DNA from: Amphiscolops sp. MND2022
Lineage: Eukaryota
Length of the DNA: 64,000 nucleotides
Assembly: GCA_964187785.1 (NCBI GenBank)
Contig: OZ076409.1
Span: forward strand, 14,014,001-14,078,000
Reading direction: 5' to 3'
Part shown: one piece after another, positions 1-11,948 of the stretch
Numbering within the stretch: position 1 is the stretch's first letter
How the letters are laid out: each line of letters begins with the position of its first letter
Program-made: the position numbers and the translations under genes
The notes under the pieces: generated by a model
What the model was told of the DNA's origin: nothing
Database searches by the model: none
The model's input: only the letters and a program-made list of their open reading frames with translations

Positions 1-1155
1 TGCATGGTCACCAAACGCCTTCTCGGCTCCCTGGTTTAATTCTTTGAGAAAGTCAGGCAGCTTCATCGTATTGGGATCGAAGACCAGACGGTGCCATTTA
101 TGTTTGGCAGTCGCCTGTGACTCGGGCTTGACGTATTTTTGTCTAAAGATGACTAATACGTCCTCTAGAGTTTGTCGGTTGCTTGAGCTGATATTTCTGA
201 ATGTCTGAAGAGCATTCTTCCTCAATAAAGAGTGGAAGTGATTGATCTTCATTTGCTCAGTCATTTCTGGCTGCATCTTGATCATATTGTGAAATAGGTC
301 TTCGAACAGCTCGAATTTCTCACTTTTGTCATCGAATGTCATGGTATTTGAGTTGACTGGGCGTATGGTGAGTTGTTGGGCTGTCGGTCTACTCTGCATT
401 GTGGTCAAGACGTCTGCCAGCCGAGTGATGGGGTCGGAGTCAGCAGCCGTAGCGATTCTCTCTTGTGCTGGGATCGTCGTGTCGAGGTTGATGTCCTCAA
501 AGGACCTGTCGAGAAGATTTCTGGATGAGATTCGTCCTGCGAGAAACTCAGGAACTTGATTTGGAGATTCGTTGTCTCCTGTCACCATGTCATGAACATT
601 ACGGTGTGCTTTGTCACCATGTTCACTATTAAGAGTAGTTTTAGCTTTCGCGTTGTACTGAACTTCGGAATAACTTTCCGGTCTCTCATCAGATCTCTCC
701 CATCCCCTTCTAGTCTCCTGTCCTGAACCGGCCATAATAACGTTTTGAATCTGGGGTAAAACCTGATTATGGATGGCGTCACTTATGGCTCTCTGAATCT
801 GGGAACTAACACTGTTCATCATCTCATCCATCTCTCTGGATATTCTAGAGTTCAATTCACTAGATAACTTATTGATCTCGGCTTGAGAATCTATACTTGC
901 TGAATTTTGGTCATAACCGGCACTAGTTCCGACTCCAAGATTTCTATGATCGGAATGGAGACTCATTTCTCCATTTTCCAAGTTATTACTTGTAATACTT
1001 TCCTGCCTTCTTATGGAAGTTCCATCGAGACTTCCGTCTCTTACCGTATCATTGAAGTGATTTTCCCCTAACATTATGTCAAGGTTTTCAATGTCAGAGA
1101 GGATTTCTAATCCTCTAGATTTCCTTGCTTTCTTTTGTTTTCTTGTAGTAGGCAT
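1..1155 (-). CDS. gag: Gag (N-terminal 385 codons, open to window edge; absent from ORF track because no stop is reached)
   Basis: Manual translation from ATG 1155: MPTTRKQKKARKSRGLEILSDIENLDIMLGENHF...SREMDEMMNSVSSQIQRAISDAI...HDMVTGDNESP...FDDKSEKFELFEDLF...QATAKHKWHRLVFDP. No stops; collinear with element B Gag. Confidence 0.9.
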   Translation of the reverse strand, partial: MPTTRKQKKARKSRGLEILSDIENLDIMLGENHFNDTVRDGSLDGTSIRRQESITSNNLENGEMSLHSDHRNLGVGTSAGYDQNSASIDSQAEINKLSSELNSRISREMDEMMNSVSSQIQRAISDAIHNQVLPQIQNVIMAGSGQETRRGWERSDERPESYSEVQYNAKAKTTLNSEHGDKAHRNVHDMVTGDNESPNQVPEFLAGRISSRNLLDRSFEDINLDTTIPAQERIATAADSDPITRLADVLTTMQSRPTAQQLTIRPVNSNTMTFDDKSEKFELFEDLFHNMIKMQPEMTEQMKINHFHSLLRKNALQTFRNISSSNRQTLEDVLVIFRQKYVKPESQATAKHKWHRLVFDPNTMKLPDFLKELNQGAEKAFGDHA

Positions 1156-2342
1156 TGAGACTAAACCGGGTCGAATACTTGAATTATCAATTCCGGAAAA
1201 TAAACAGTGAAACCGTTTGTATTTATGAACGTCTTTATCAAATGAAGGAAAGTACAAAGTATGAGCCTTCCTGCAGGGGTATGGGTATTTATACCTCTGA
1301 AAGGATGACACACACATTTTTGACATACTTTGACCAAGACAAATCATAAGATTTTACAATCATCATAGGGAAATCCCCGACAATTACATATTTCCGGGGG
1401 ACATTTAAGGAATGGTATTCAGAGTCATCATTTTAAGTAGCAACTTCAAACAATCTATCGATTAGACCTACTTCAAGTGTGATGTAAACAAATACCACAA
1501 CTTGCATATTTCATAGTGATGTGAAATGAAGGCACGTGCCGGCACAAGTTTACTACAAATCAAGCTGAAAATGGAATGTACTACTATGTGTGGAATTCCA
1601 TTACTGCATCGATATTCACGAAAATACACTCACATATCAGAACCGGAATAGGCCTAAATCCATAACATGTACTGCACATTTGAAGGACATGGTAAAAGGC
1701 CTCAACCGTCCCTTTATTCAAGTTGAAAATATACCGACATCAAAACACCACAAACGTATTTATTTGGACTAAAATCATGATTCTAATAGCTCCGCGTAAG
1801 TATTGATTCAATTAGGCAACGAAGGTATTATTATGCTTGAATTGGCCGAAACCGTCCATTTGACTGAGGGACTGATATAAATTAGCACCGCTTAGTCAAT
1901 AGGCCTTATCCGGCCATCATAAATAAAGCACTCATAATTAGCAAAAGGAAAGCTCTGATTGGCTAATAACCGTACTGAAAGTTACATCGCCGAGAAGGGA
2001 CGTTTTCTCACTTGAACACGTTTCCTTCTCGCGATTAACCTGCTTATTGTACGTTACCGCTTTGATCAAATTTCAATACTCTACTTGTAATACAGCAAAA
2101 CTTCTTTTACAAATCTCAAACTACAACCTGATTTGGATAGTTCCAAATCGTAATTTTAACAGACTAATATCACGAACAATTATATAAAAAGCACTTGATT
2201 AAACAAAAATGAATGTGATTAACAAATAAATATAAGTTTCAGCAAGGGAAAGTTTAAAACGTGGGTAGGGTACCTGGGACGATTTCTTGATTTTCCGCTG
2301 ACGTCGTTATTAATGCACCGTCACAGGCGGCAGCCTGCGACA
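588..2342 (-). repeat. 5' LTR of element A (~1755 bp), includes gag ATG and first ~189 codons
   Basis: TG...CA termini and adjacent PBS; boundaries inferred by homology with the paired LTRs of element B. Confidence 0.8.
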
Positions 2343-4156
2343 GTTGTTATGTTTGAGTGGGTCAGAGCCCCGAGGTAGATAGTTACAGCATTCAATGTTA
2401 TTAAACAACAAGTCAACTGAAAATGTACATAGACAAAGTAGAGGTCAAAATGAAACAAAAGTGACAGATGCGTTTTCGAATCATTATTAGTAAACCTGGT
2501 TAGCGAAAAGGGTTGACAGATCCTAACATTTATAACATCGTTCCAAATCAATAAACATATTTATTAAATCACGAACATAAATTATAACTAATGTTTAATT
2601 TACAATTTCCTTAAATCACAGGGTTCATTTTACTTTTGCTCAACCAGAAGTTCTAAATGCATTTGATATTTGACAAGAATTTGGCGTGACATCACAATGA
2701 CGGACTCTCCAAATCTGTAGTTAGCTGCATTAAAATATACTTGTGTCCTGATGTGGCATCAAAATTGAGAGTCTGAAATCAGCATATACGCAAAGAAATA
2801 TTTTTATTATGTATGATAGGAATGGTGTTTTACGGCGTCTTCATTCTGTATGTTCTGGTCGATGCATCATGTAGGAGAACAATCTTCACGTCACTTCTTA
2901 CGTAACTTTCAGCGTAGTTTCAGCACCACTCACTTTCTGGCATCAATTTGGCAGAATGATGAAGAACTGCGGATCCGGTATACCACTCGGTGAACCAAAA
3001 AAGGGAACGCGCAAAAATTTGCGTCCTCGAAGTCGTATTATTCGTAAACAAGACGCTGAATTTCTTTCAAATTTTCTGTCAATCATTTGGAATGAAACCA
3101 TTAAATGCAACAATTGTTACATAATCTTCAACTTAAAATGGTTTGAACCTTTAAAAAGTGTTAAAACGTCTTTACCAGTCATTTGGTTCGCATTTTTGAT
3201 TCGACAAAACATTATTGACGAGGTGAAATGCAGTGTTCAAAGTTATTTTGAAACGTTTGATGACAAATATTTGTAGTTTGGAAGCTCCAACTTCATTTCA
3301 TGCGTTCCGTTTTTGGTTCACCTCGTCGGGTTTAGTAGGTCGAAATCCAGGATTATGCATGATCGAGCATATTGGTAGAGTTATAAACATCATTGCTTCG
3401 ATGTGATTGATATTCTTTATTGAATCAGTTTAGATGCAAAATAAGACAGTAACAGAGTTTTGACACCGAAAATCAACGATTTAGTGAATGAGCGGCCGCG
3501 CAGAATGTTTCTAGCGATCTTACGAGCGATCCAAATTAGCAGCAAGTAATAGGTTGACCAAATTCAAAGGTTCGTCTGAACATACTCGGAGTTTCAAACT
3601 GAATTTCGAAAAATTCCAACTCTTACACTTGTAAAACTCACGCACTATGAGATGTTTTAGTTTTCTTTCTGACAAAATTGAATTAGCTTATCATTTGATT
3701 TTTGAAATATACTTCAATTGAAACATTCAATAGTCTGAAGATACAGTTGAGCGAATTGGCGATTTTGATATTAGCGGTTTGGCAATTAGGTAAAAAACAA
3801 GCGATGTCAAAACTATGGACAGTTACGAATTTCAGTAACTTTGGAAGCTGGTCTGTGTGTTCGGTTGCACTAGCTTCTTGCCTAGTGCTTTTGAAATTTA
3901 TATTTGATGATTGCAACCCGTGCGCTGATCTATTTATCCACCCATAATAGAAAATTTATTCCTACATTTACAGCAAAAAGAACGTTAATTTCATATATTT
4001 AGAAACCGGAATCGAGTAGCAATACAGTGGTATGTTCGAAAAAGAGAAACGATTTACTCAGAGTTGATTTTGAGTTGCAACACTCACGACCAGGGATGAG
4101 AAGAGTTAGGCAATAATGTAATGCCATTTTTACGAGTCGGAAAACTTTTCGACTAC

Positions 4157-4536
4157 TGTTACGACTAATTACCGGTGTAATTTTTTGAGTAGTCGCAGTA
4201 GTTCTAGATTTCACAGGTGTGGATGTTACTGTCGGTGGAACGTTTTCGGATTCAGAATCAGATTCTTCAGGCACAGTAACAGTGGTTTGCTTTTTAGCAA
4301 CAGGTGCTATTAGTCTTAGCATCTCTTTTTGATTCTCAGCTAAGATTTTGGTAACGTCAGATAAGATCTCTTTCCTGAGAGAAGAATTTGTTTCCTCTAA
4401 ATTCTCAGTTTGTACATTTGGTGACTTGCTCGTCCCGACTACGGGATTTTCGCTCTGATTATTTCCACTCAAAAGAGTCTGTTGGTCAACAGAAACCAAT
4501 TCTTCTACAATTTTTTTTCTGGCTTCTAGTAGTCGT
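4157..4536 (-). pseudogene. gag: Gag N-terminal remnant inside solo LTR (start codon ATG->ACG, early frameshift)
   Basis: ENPVVGTSKSP...LRKEILSDVTKILAENQKEMLRLIAPV...ITPVISRN aligns to D Gag ENPVAGTSKSP...LRKEIMTDLTKILAENQKEMLKLIAPV...ITPVNSRN. Confidence 0.85.
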
Positions 4537-4677
4537 TTTAGAAAGAGAGAAAGAGAGTTCTCTAGAAACTTTGGAATTCTTCAAAGAAAAAATTTTGTTT
4601 CTCAACGGCAGCAAAAACGGTTTTTCGTAACAGCAAAAACTGTATTAAATTATTTACATGATATTCAGATATATATT

Positions 4678-4777
4678 TATACTTTCTCAGCATCATTTGT
4701 TCCTCACCTAAAAGTTCCAAGATTTTGGGATTCCTAGCAACTTTTAGGTGAGGAACAAATGATGCTGAGAAAGTATA
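4678..4777. repeat. Perfect 39-bp inverted repeat with 22-nt loop inside solo LTR
   Basis: 4678-4716 tatactttctcagcatcatttgttcctcacctaaaagtt is the exact reverse complement of 4739-4777. Confidence 0.95.
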
Positions 4778-7700
4778 TATACCTTAAATTTTGTTCACTA
4801 AAAGTGCTTAATCATCCTCATTATTTCAGTCCTTCAATCATTAGTTCGAATTTCAAAATTCCTAGTCACGACTCCCTTACGGAGCGCCTGTTTAAATCAA
4901 TTTTGTTCACTAGTCCCAATTCCGCTTTAGTTAAAGAAATGGCGGTGAAATAAAAAATCTATTTGAAATTCCGACGAAGAAAGCACGCAGCTCCGTAGCT
5001 GCTCCGTACGTATTAAGATATGGTTATAGCTAGATAGCTGTTAACAAAAAGGTAGCGGAGGGATGAAGCCATTCCGATTCATTCTTGGTGACGTCATTAC
5101 GATACATATGCCGCAACGAACTAGCAAGATCTTGCTAGTTCGATTAACAGCCAATAAAAACGCGGTATTACTTCAAATACGCGTTACGTGTTTTTCTCGT
5201 TACACTGTGTGATTTGGCGTTACGCGTAGTGATCAAAATGCAATAAATGACAACTTTACACTCTCTACAATTACGTACTTCGACTGGTTTCCACTTCACA
5301 CAAAAATGGAAGCGTCGTTTAGAGTCATCCTTACTCACTGTGTATACCAAAATGTTTTTCTGGTTCCCATTTTTCTCTCTATTTACGTTCAATGATCGCA
5401 ATCCGCAATTTTTGGTTACACTGTGCATCACAATTCGTGATGAAACGATGCAATTTTTGACTAGAATACGATTCGCTCTCGTTGTACAGAAAATACACTT
5501 CACACTTGATGATAAATTCCACTTTCGCGGCATATGTATCGTAATGGTCACAAACATTCTCTTTACCAGCTTGAGCGCAAATATGCTGGCCCGAGCTGCG
5601 ACGCTATTGGTCCGCAAAATCGGAAAAAAAACAGAACACCAGTCTTGGTCTAAACAGCGTCCATTACGTTGTTAATATTTGTAACGATAAGCGCTGGCGC
5701 TTGAACCGCAACGTAGAGTGGAGGAACTAGAACAGCGAATATAATCTGGGACCTAGATCTCCGCGGCCCTAGCTCATTTTCCCTCCGAAGGAGCCAGTCC
5801 CAAGGTGGGGGAACCGTCTTGTAGGACGCTCTCTGGCCTGGTCCTAGTCTGTAACTGCCAAAAGTAACAGGCATCTTGCAAGACTCAAGACCACTGCTCA
5901 ACTAGCCTTTAAAAATTGGGCTGAAAATCGATGAAGGTTGAACCGTAATATTGGAGAATCTGATAAAATCGCCAAATTGGATAAACAGATGTTAAACAAC
6001 AGCTCTCGAGCATATTAATTTACCACATCGAAAAATACAACAAGAAATCAAGAGTTCAGAGTCATTTGATGAAAATTGACCTCAGCTTCCCAGCGCTAGC
6101 GCTAGTTGCCACACAGGATACCGCAGGGATACTCAGGCGAACATCTGGAACACTGGTTTCCTTTACTGTAGTAATGGATATCTCCTAGAGATTGACACAA
6201 TACTGTGTTCTGTATGCGTTGAGGACGTCTTTTTTAGTCGTCTCCGGTGCTTGTTCGTCGAGAGCGGCGATTTCTGCTTTTCTGGGGTGCTTTTTCTGGC
6301 AGGTACTTCGTCTTGAGCATGTTTGAGTGCCACGTCAAATTTGAACGAATTTTTGACAAATTTTCTAAACATGTCGGTTGATATTGCTGTACCAGAGCTT
6401 GCCGTTACAATTTGTTTAGAATACGCACTTGTAATCTCAATAGATTTTGACAGCTACTCCAACCACTGTTGTGCCATTTCTATTGTTTTTTTGTATTTCC
6501 GTTTTTGATCTGACAATGTTATCCGCTGGGATCACGGAATCAAATATTGATCTCTGTTTTGGTTTTTCAGGCTGGAAAAGAATTAACCTTACTTCGTTTA
6601 AGTTTTCTTTTAATTGTTTAGATTGATATGGAAAGCGGTACGGACTGAGACCGGAATTAAAATATATAGGCGTGAAATAATAGACCGGAAGTTTTACCAT
6701 GTCAGAAATCACTTTTTGAATTTTTACGTAGCGATCGCATGTATTGGTATGAAAAAATCTTTCGTCTTAACGGTTAGTCGTGCTGCAGCCTAAGTAAAGG
6801 TAAGTTAAAGTTAGTATATACTCAATAGTTTTTTGATCTGCCATGGCCCGCTGTACTCATGATTTTGGGAATGCCCTCGTGGCAAGTGAAACACCGACCG
6901 GGAGCAGGTCGTGACAACTACTTATGCAACCGTTCCATTTTTCTCCCGACCTTTCAATGAAAAGTTTAAATTTCTCGAAACCTGTCCATACAACTTTCAT
7001 TAAATTTAGCACAATGAAACCAAAATCGTATGACTGGGATCTGAGAAATAGACAAAATGACCAAATGGCAATAAATTATGTAATTTGATTTTCAATATTT
7101 TAATACGTTTCCGACTCCTTTACCGCACATGCGGCTCTGGTTACGGTGGCAAACAATCGATTAGTCTATCGAAACTTTTTTGCAATTTTTGCCATCAATT
7201 AAAACCTTTTTTGTGGCAAAATTAAACAACTGAATGTGACTCTGAACAAGTACTGGGCTTTTTCCAGGCAAAATTTTTCCTATTTTCATGTGTTTTTTAT
7301 GTGGACTGGAATGACTAGGAAAATCTCAAATATTTTAAGACTTATATTTTTCAATCGAGCACTTTCCACTAGGACATCATCCTCTTCAATTTTCGTATCG
7401 GATTGCACACAAAGACAATAGATCTCCATCGTTTTATTGTTTTATTGACATGTTTTTGATCAGACCGTTTCACCTGTGATCTAGAATCAAGGTTTACAAA
7501 TACCACCACTCGTAACATGAATGGAGATTGCTTTCAGCTATCCTCAAATTTTCCTTTTCTGTAACTTGAAAGACGCTCGCGTTTGTTTCTACAATTACAA
7601 GATGAAAAAGATTGCTCAAGAGGATTTTTATTCGCGGTCTTTGAAGTGACCCGCGAATTCAATCAAACACTATATTTCAAATTATCCAAAGATGATACAG

Positions 7701-7848
7701 CCTGAAAAAGAAAAAGCAAGCAGACGGCGTTCGTTGCAGTTTAGCTTTTATGAAAATTACTCAAGTGCTGTAAATCTGTTAGGCAGATAGCACGACACCA
7801 GTCCAGCTCAAAGTATAACAACTATAACTTCCGATATAAAAGGGGAGA

Positions 7849-8054
7849 ACAATTCGTACACACGACATTTCGCACAAAAACCAAAACCCGACATTTTGTA
7901 CAAAAATGAAACCCGACATTTCGTACAATTTAAAATCTGTGCACTTAATTAACATGTATTGTACGAAATGTCGGGTTTCATTTTTGTACCAATTTTCCGT
8001 GTACGAAATATCTGGTTTTTGGCTATTATTCGAAATGTCGCTTGTACGAATTGT
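7849..8054. mobile_element. Palindromic MITE-like element with internal CGACATTTCGTAC repeats
   Basis: acaattcgtaca...cgacatttcg on the left mirrors cgaaatgtcg...tgtacgaattgt on the right, around a central ttaattaa. Confidence 0.6.
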
Positions 8055-8529
8055 CGCGGTGCCAAATAGAAAGTGTTCTTTCTCGATTCGAGTCCTGATA
8101 AAGTCACCTTCAGATTCATTGCAAGCCTTCAAAATTAATCACTTCCAAAACACAAAAAAGAATAATGACTTAATTTTGGCGCACAAAAGTGAGGAGAATT
8201 TGAACAGTTCAATTTTCATTTTAAGGCACTAAAATTTCGGTGACCGTTGGACTGTAAAATGTGATGCTGATTTTTCCCGAGAATAGTTTTTTTCAAGATC
8301 AAAGAGATTTATCAAGGTCTACCTAATAGAAACATTCAAATATGGTGTTCCTCTTTTAATTAACTTGAGTTTGAAAATCGAGTGACAATAAAATTTTTTA
8401 GGCTTGCAAAGGTTTAGCAAAAAACAAAGCACCGCCGGTTTGGATTTTTTTCCGGGTTACGCAACTTTTTATCTTATCTGAATTTGTTTATCTGAACGCA
8501 ATCCTTTTAGTTTTAGTAGATGGCAAAAA

Positions 8530-9100
8530 GGCCTCATTTTAGGGGTTTTTGGCACTGTGCAACTTCCCAGAAAAAAATTACGAAAAAATTTCAAAACAAC
8601 ATATTCCGAAACAAAATATTACTGAAAATTTAGTATTTTGAGGATTTCTAATCAAAAAACGTTTTACCAAAAGCGCAAAGAACGACACTGGTTCCAATTT
8701 TTAGTCGACATTTTTTGTGAAGCAGAAATTGCCCGACTCTTACGGTGACCCTTTAAATTCTCCAGACCACAGATCTCACACTGAAAGGTCCACTTTCTAC
8801 AGAAACTACTAAAACTAAAAGGGCCTCCATTTCCAGTTTTTCGGCACTATGAGACTGTTTCTCATTTTTGTCTGATATCTGATATTAGGTTTTGTCAATA
8901 TATATCAAATTTTTTTTCAAAACAATACAAATTTTTGACTTAATATACGATGTGAATCGCTAGATCCGAACGTTTGAGTTATATCCAAACTATATTGCGT
9001 TTTATTAAATAAGAGGCGGAGCTTCGAAAACAAGTATTTCAAATACTGCACTTTTTGACCCTTAGATATGGCGCCGACTTTAGAGGTTTCCGTCTTTGGC
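8530..9100 (-). repeat. Interspersed repeat, DINE-1/Helentron-associated-like family copy (boundaries approximate)
   Basis: Contains CTTAGATATGGCGCCGACTT, GGCACTATGAGACT and CTCACACTGAAAGGTCCACTTT motifs shared with copies at ~56.4-57.1 kb and 62.9-63.9 kb. Confidence 0.6.
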
Positions 9101-11172
9101 CTAGATTGGGAGACGTAGATCATTCGTACAGACAGCTACGGACGGAACAAATCGGAACAGGGACGGACGGACGCCTAAGACGGAGCAAGTGCCCTAAGAC
9201 GGAACAAGACCTAACAAAACGAAAACCCTAAGTTTATCGGATACAAAAGATCTGCAGTCATCCTCCGAGAAAAACAAGATTCAGTCAAAGTCATGTCAAA
9301 TGTTTCAGAGAAAACCGACAGAGGCCGCGAACTACTCAAAGGGAAGAAAAATGCATACGGTTGAAAGAAACAAACATCGATTTCTAATAAGGCGAATTAC
9401 CAAATTGAAATACTGTAAGACTTTTGAATTTTTCACTCATAATATGATGTTTACTAGATTCAAATTCATCTGCAAGGAAGTAAAGACAACAGTAAGTACT
9501 TTAAATACCTCGCCTTTTTGTTTATTGTCAACTTAGTTATCTTTAGTCCTGCTAACATCCAAAATAGCCATACTCAACTATTTTGAAGCGACCGTGCAAC
9601 GTTTTATTGCAGTAAAGCCGCGCCTTGATGTAGAACTTTGTATGAGACTTCAACAAAGAAGAAACTCTGATATCTTCTAACTCGATAGCTGTTCGGACAA
9701 TTTAAAAACACAAAATCAAACAAGCAAACATCTTTCTTTGACCTGACTACGTGTTGAGTACTCCGTTTGATACTTTCGAGTTCTAGTAATGACTTCACAT
9801 GAACTAGCAGTCATATTTAACTCGGAACAGAAGTTCAGTTAACTTCCTTAGGTATTACATGGATTTGGGAATAAGCCAGAGTTACCCTTCGCTGTGTGTG
9901 CTTCAAGCATAGAATGCAACTTGCCGAAGCGCTTCCCAAAGCGAAAAGAATGCAAGTGAGAAAGCGCTGTTAGTTACGGTACGCAAAACCAAGAAGAAAG
10001 GGGCCGCCGCACACTTCGAATCATTCACCTCTATATCAAAAATGAAAATCAAATCTCGATTTTTTAAAAAGATTTCTGAAAGATTGAAAAAATTATCTAC
10101 AAACGATTCGCAGCATCAGACAATCCATCGTAAGAACAGCTAAGGTTGAAATTATCGATAATAACTGGAATCTGGTGGGGGGAAGTTCTGAAACTAAATT
10201 CTTGCAATATTTCGGCAATAAAAGACTTTCCTATTGTCTCAAAAGGTTCGAATTTTGCTGAAAGTAAATATGAATGAATTGTCTAACTTGTGCGAAATGG
10301 GAAACAAATGAGACTTGGTAGTTTTTCGAGAATTGAACCAGCAAACGTTAAAAATGGCCTCAAAATGGCCTAAATTGTCGTTTTCTGATAGCTATCACTA
10401 AGTCCTCAACGCATTAGCGCACAATATGCGCTTTTTTCAGCGTACCTTAGTGTTGAGGTGGTTATGTGAATGATGTAGCAATTAGAGCGGTGCAGCGCGC
10501 TAGCGAAGAACCTGCAAGAAGTGAAAGTTCAGATTTGGTTTTGACATAAGCAAAGTCCACCTACCAAAACAACCCCTACCTAACCCGCTTGCACGTTTTG
10601 TGCGAAGTCGAGCTGAAACTTGGGCGATATCGAGAGTAGAGATTTTGACCTTTGAAGTTTGTCACCAAAGTTTGAAAGGGACTGTTTTCAGAAAAAGCGC
10701 CACCAAACTTTGAGCCCTATACAGACCTCAAATAAAAAGCAAAGATTTTGTACTAGCTCGGTCTGACGATGTATAAAAGCCACGACGTTGTACCTTTGAA
10801 ATTAAATAAGTACGAGCTCTCCAAGGTTGAGAGTTTTGCCGAATTGGAAAACTGATTTTCGATCACAGTTCTTTAAAAGCGTTTTCAACCAAGACGGAGT
10901 GGAAATGGAATCAAGGAAGTGTTGACTGCACTTTCGATTGCTACACTTTGTAAAGGCCTGTGATCACAGAATCAACTAGTTTTTATTTTCCGCCCACATA
11001 CAATGGGGGAGGAATATTGTTATGAATGTAATAAATATGAAGTTATTAACACTGTTATATAATGACGTTGTGTTACCTAATTGTTGTTTGTTTGCTTCAG
11101 ATGAATGCTTATCAAATAGAAACTTCCTGCAAATAGTGTTTTCCCCCACGACAATTCTAGTTGATATTCCTC

Positions 11173-11821
11173 ATGCGTTATCACCTCTTCAAGCCCTCGC
11201 CCACTCGTAACCTGATTATTAATGATTCACAAGGAAGGATCTTGACGTTCCCTAACTTCGATATTCTCGTCCTACCAGGTGCACGAGTTGGGACGTGAGA
11301 CCTTTCTTACCTGCGAAAAGTCGGTACAATGTGATTGTGCTCTTCATCAGAGGCAACAACTAACCAACCGACAACACTCAAACTGTTGCCAGGAACATCT
11401 CTGACCTTGCCGTAGCATCATTTGAAGTTGCACTCAGAGTTTTCGTTATTGCGGTTCCTCCTCGGCTAGACATTCCCGACCAGACCAAGGCAGTGAATCG
11501 ACTCCTAGAAGGCAACAACGATCGCCGGTGGCTTTACAGAGGCGTATCTCGATCTTCAGCGTCAAAAAGCACAATACCCGTGACGACATCGACCTAGAGC
11601 CTAGGCCCATCAGTGGAATTCGCTCCATTTTGAAGAATCGAGTGCTTCGAAAATTCTTCTGCCTCCAGATTGACAAACAAGGTCATCCCCCAACATTCGA
11701 GTGCCTGCCCGCGCTAAGTCACGTAAGCTGTCTTCAGGTAAGCGACTTGTTGAAGCTACTAAGGTACTTTCTTATGTTCCTCGTAGCTATTGTCCATTCT
11801 GCTACTACTTTACTTCCTTAA
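11173..11821 (+). pseudogene. Degenerate SGNH/GDSL hydrolase (esterase)-like ORF upstream of gag of element C
   Basis: Across frameshifts and a stop: MRYHLFKPSPTRNLIINDSQG (block I, LIIGDS-like)...VLPGARV (block II)...NVIVLFIRGNN (block III, GGND-like)...VFVIAVPPR...KAVNRLL...RDDIDL (block V, DxxH-like). Confidence 0.7.
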
Positions 11822-11948
11822 GTTCCTCGTAGCTATCGACCATTTCTCTACTACAATACTTTCTTATGTTCCTCGTAGCTATCGTCTATTCTGTTACAGC
11901 GGTACTTTCTAAAGATCCTCGTAGCATTTGTCTATGCGCTGTAATCCC
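11765..11948 (+). repeat. Tandem repeat, 4 x 46 bp (TACTTTCTTATGTTCCTCGTAGCTAT...)
   Basis: Units start at 11765, 11811, 11857 and 11903. Confidence 0.9.

Larger units (their letters stand above)
1..2342 (-). mobile_element. Ty3/Gypsy LTR retrotransposon A, 5' part only (5' LTR + gag; runs off window start); diverged relative of element B
   Basis: Minus strand starts TGTCGCAGGCTGCC at 2342, the same as the LTR start of element B (22451). The LTR ends ...CATGACA at 588, followed by TGGTGACAGGAG (same PBS as B and D). Gag is homologous to 24038..25756. Confidence 0.9.
4157..6916 (-). mobile_element. Solo LTR (2760 bp) of a family related to element D
   Basis: Minus strand starts TGTCACGACCTGCTCCCGGTCGG (D LTR: TGTCACGACCCGCTCCCGGTCGG) and ends ...AGTCGTAACA like the D LTR. 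Flanked by 5-bp TSD ACTAC (4152-4156 and 6917-6921). Confidence 0.92.

Noticed and set aside
2350..4150. Possible decayed transposase or host exon
   Set aside because: Only short ORFs with no motif I can recognise.
10395..10520. tRNA or structured ncRNA
   Set aside because: A CCTCAAC...GTTGAGG stem is present but there is no cloverleaf or A/B box pattern.
11765..11948. CRISPR-like array
   Set aside because: Units are contiguous tandem repeats without unique spacers, the context is eukaryotic and there are no cas genes; the same applies to the 58-bp and 15-bp repeats.
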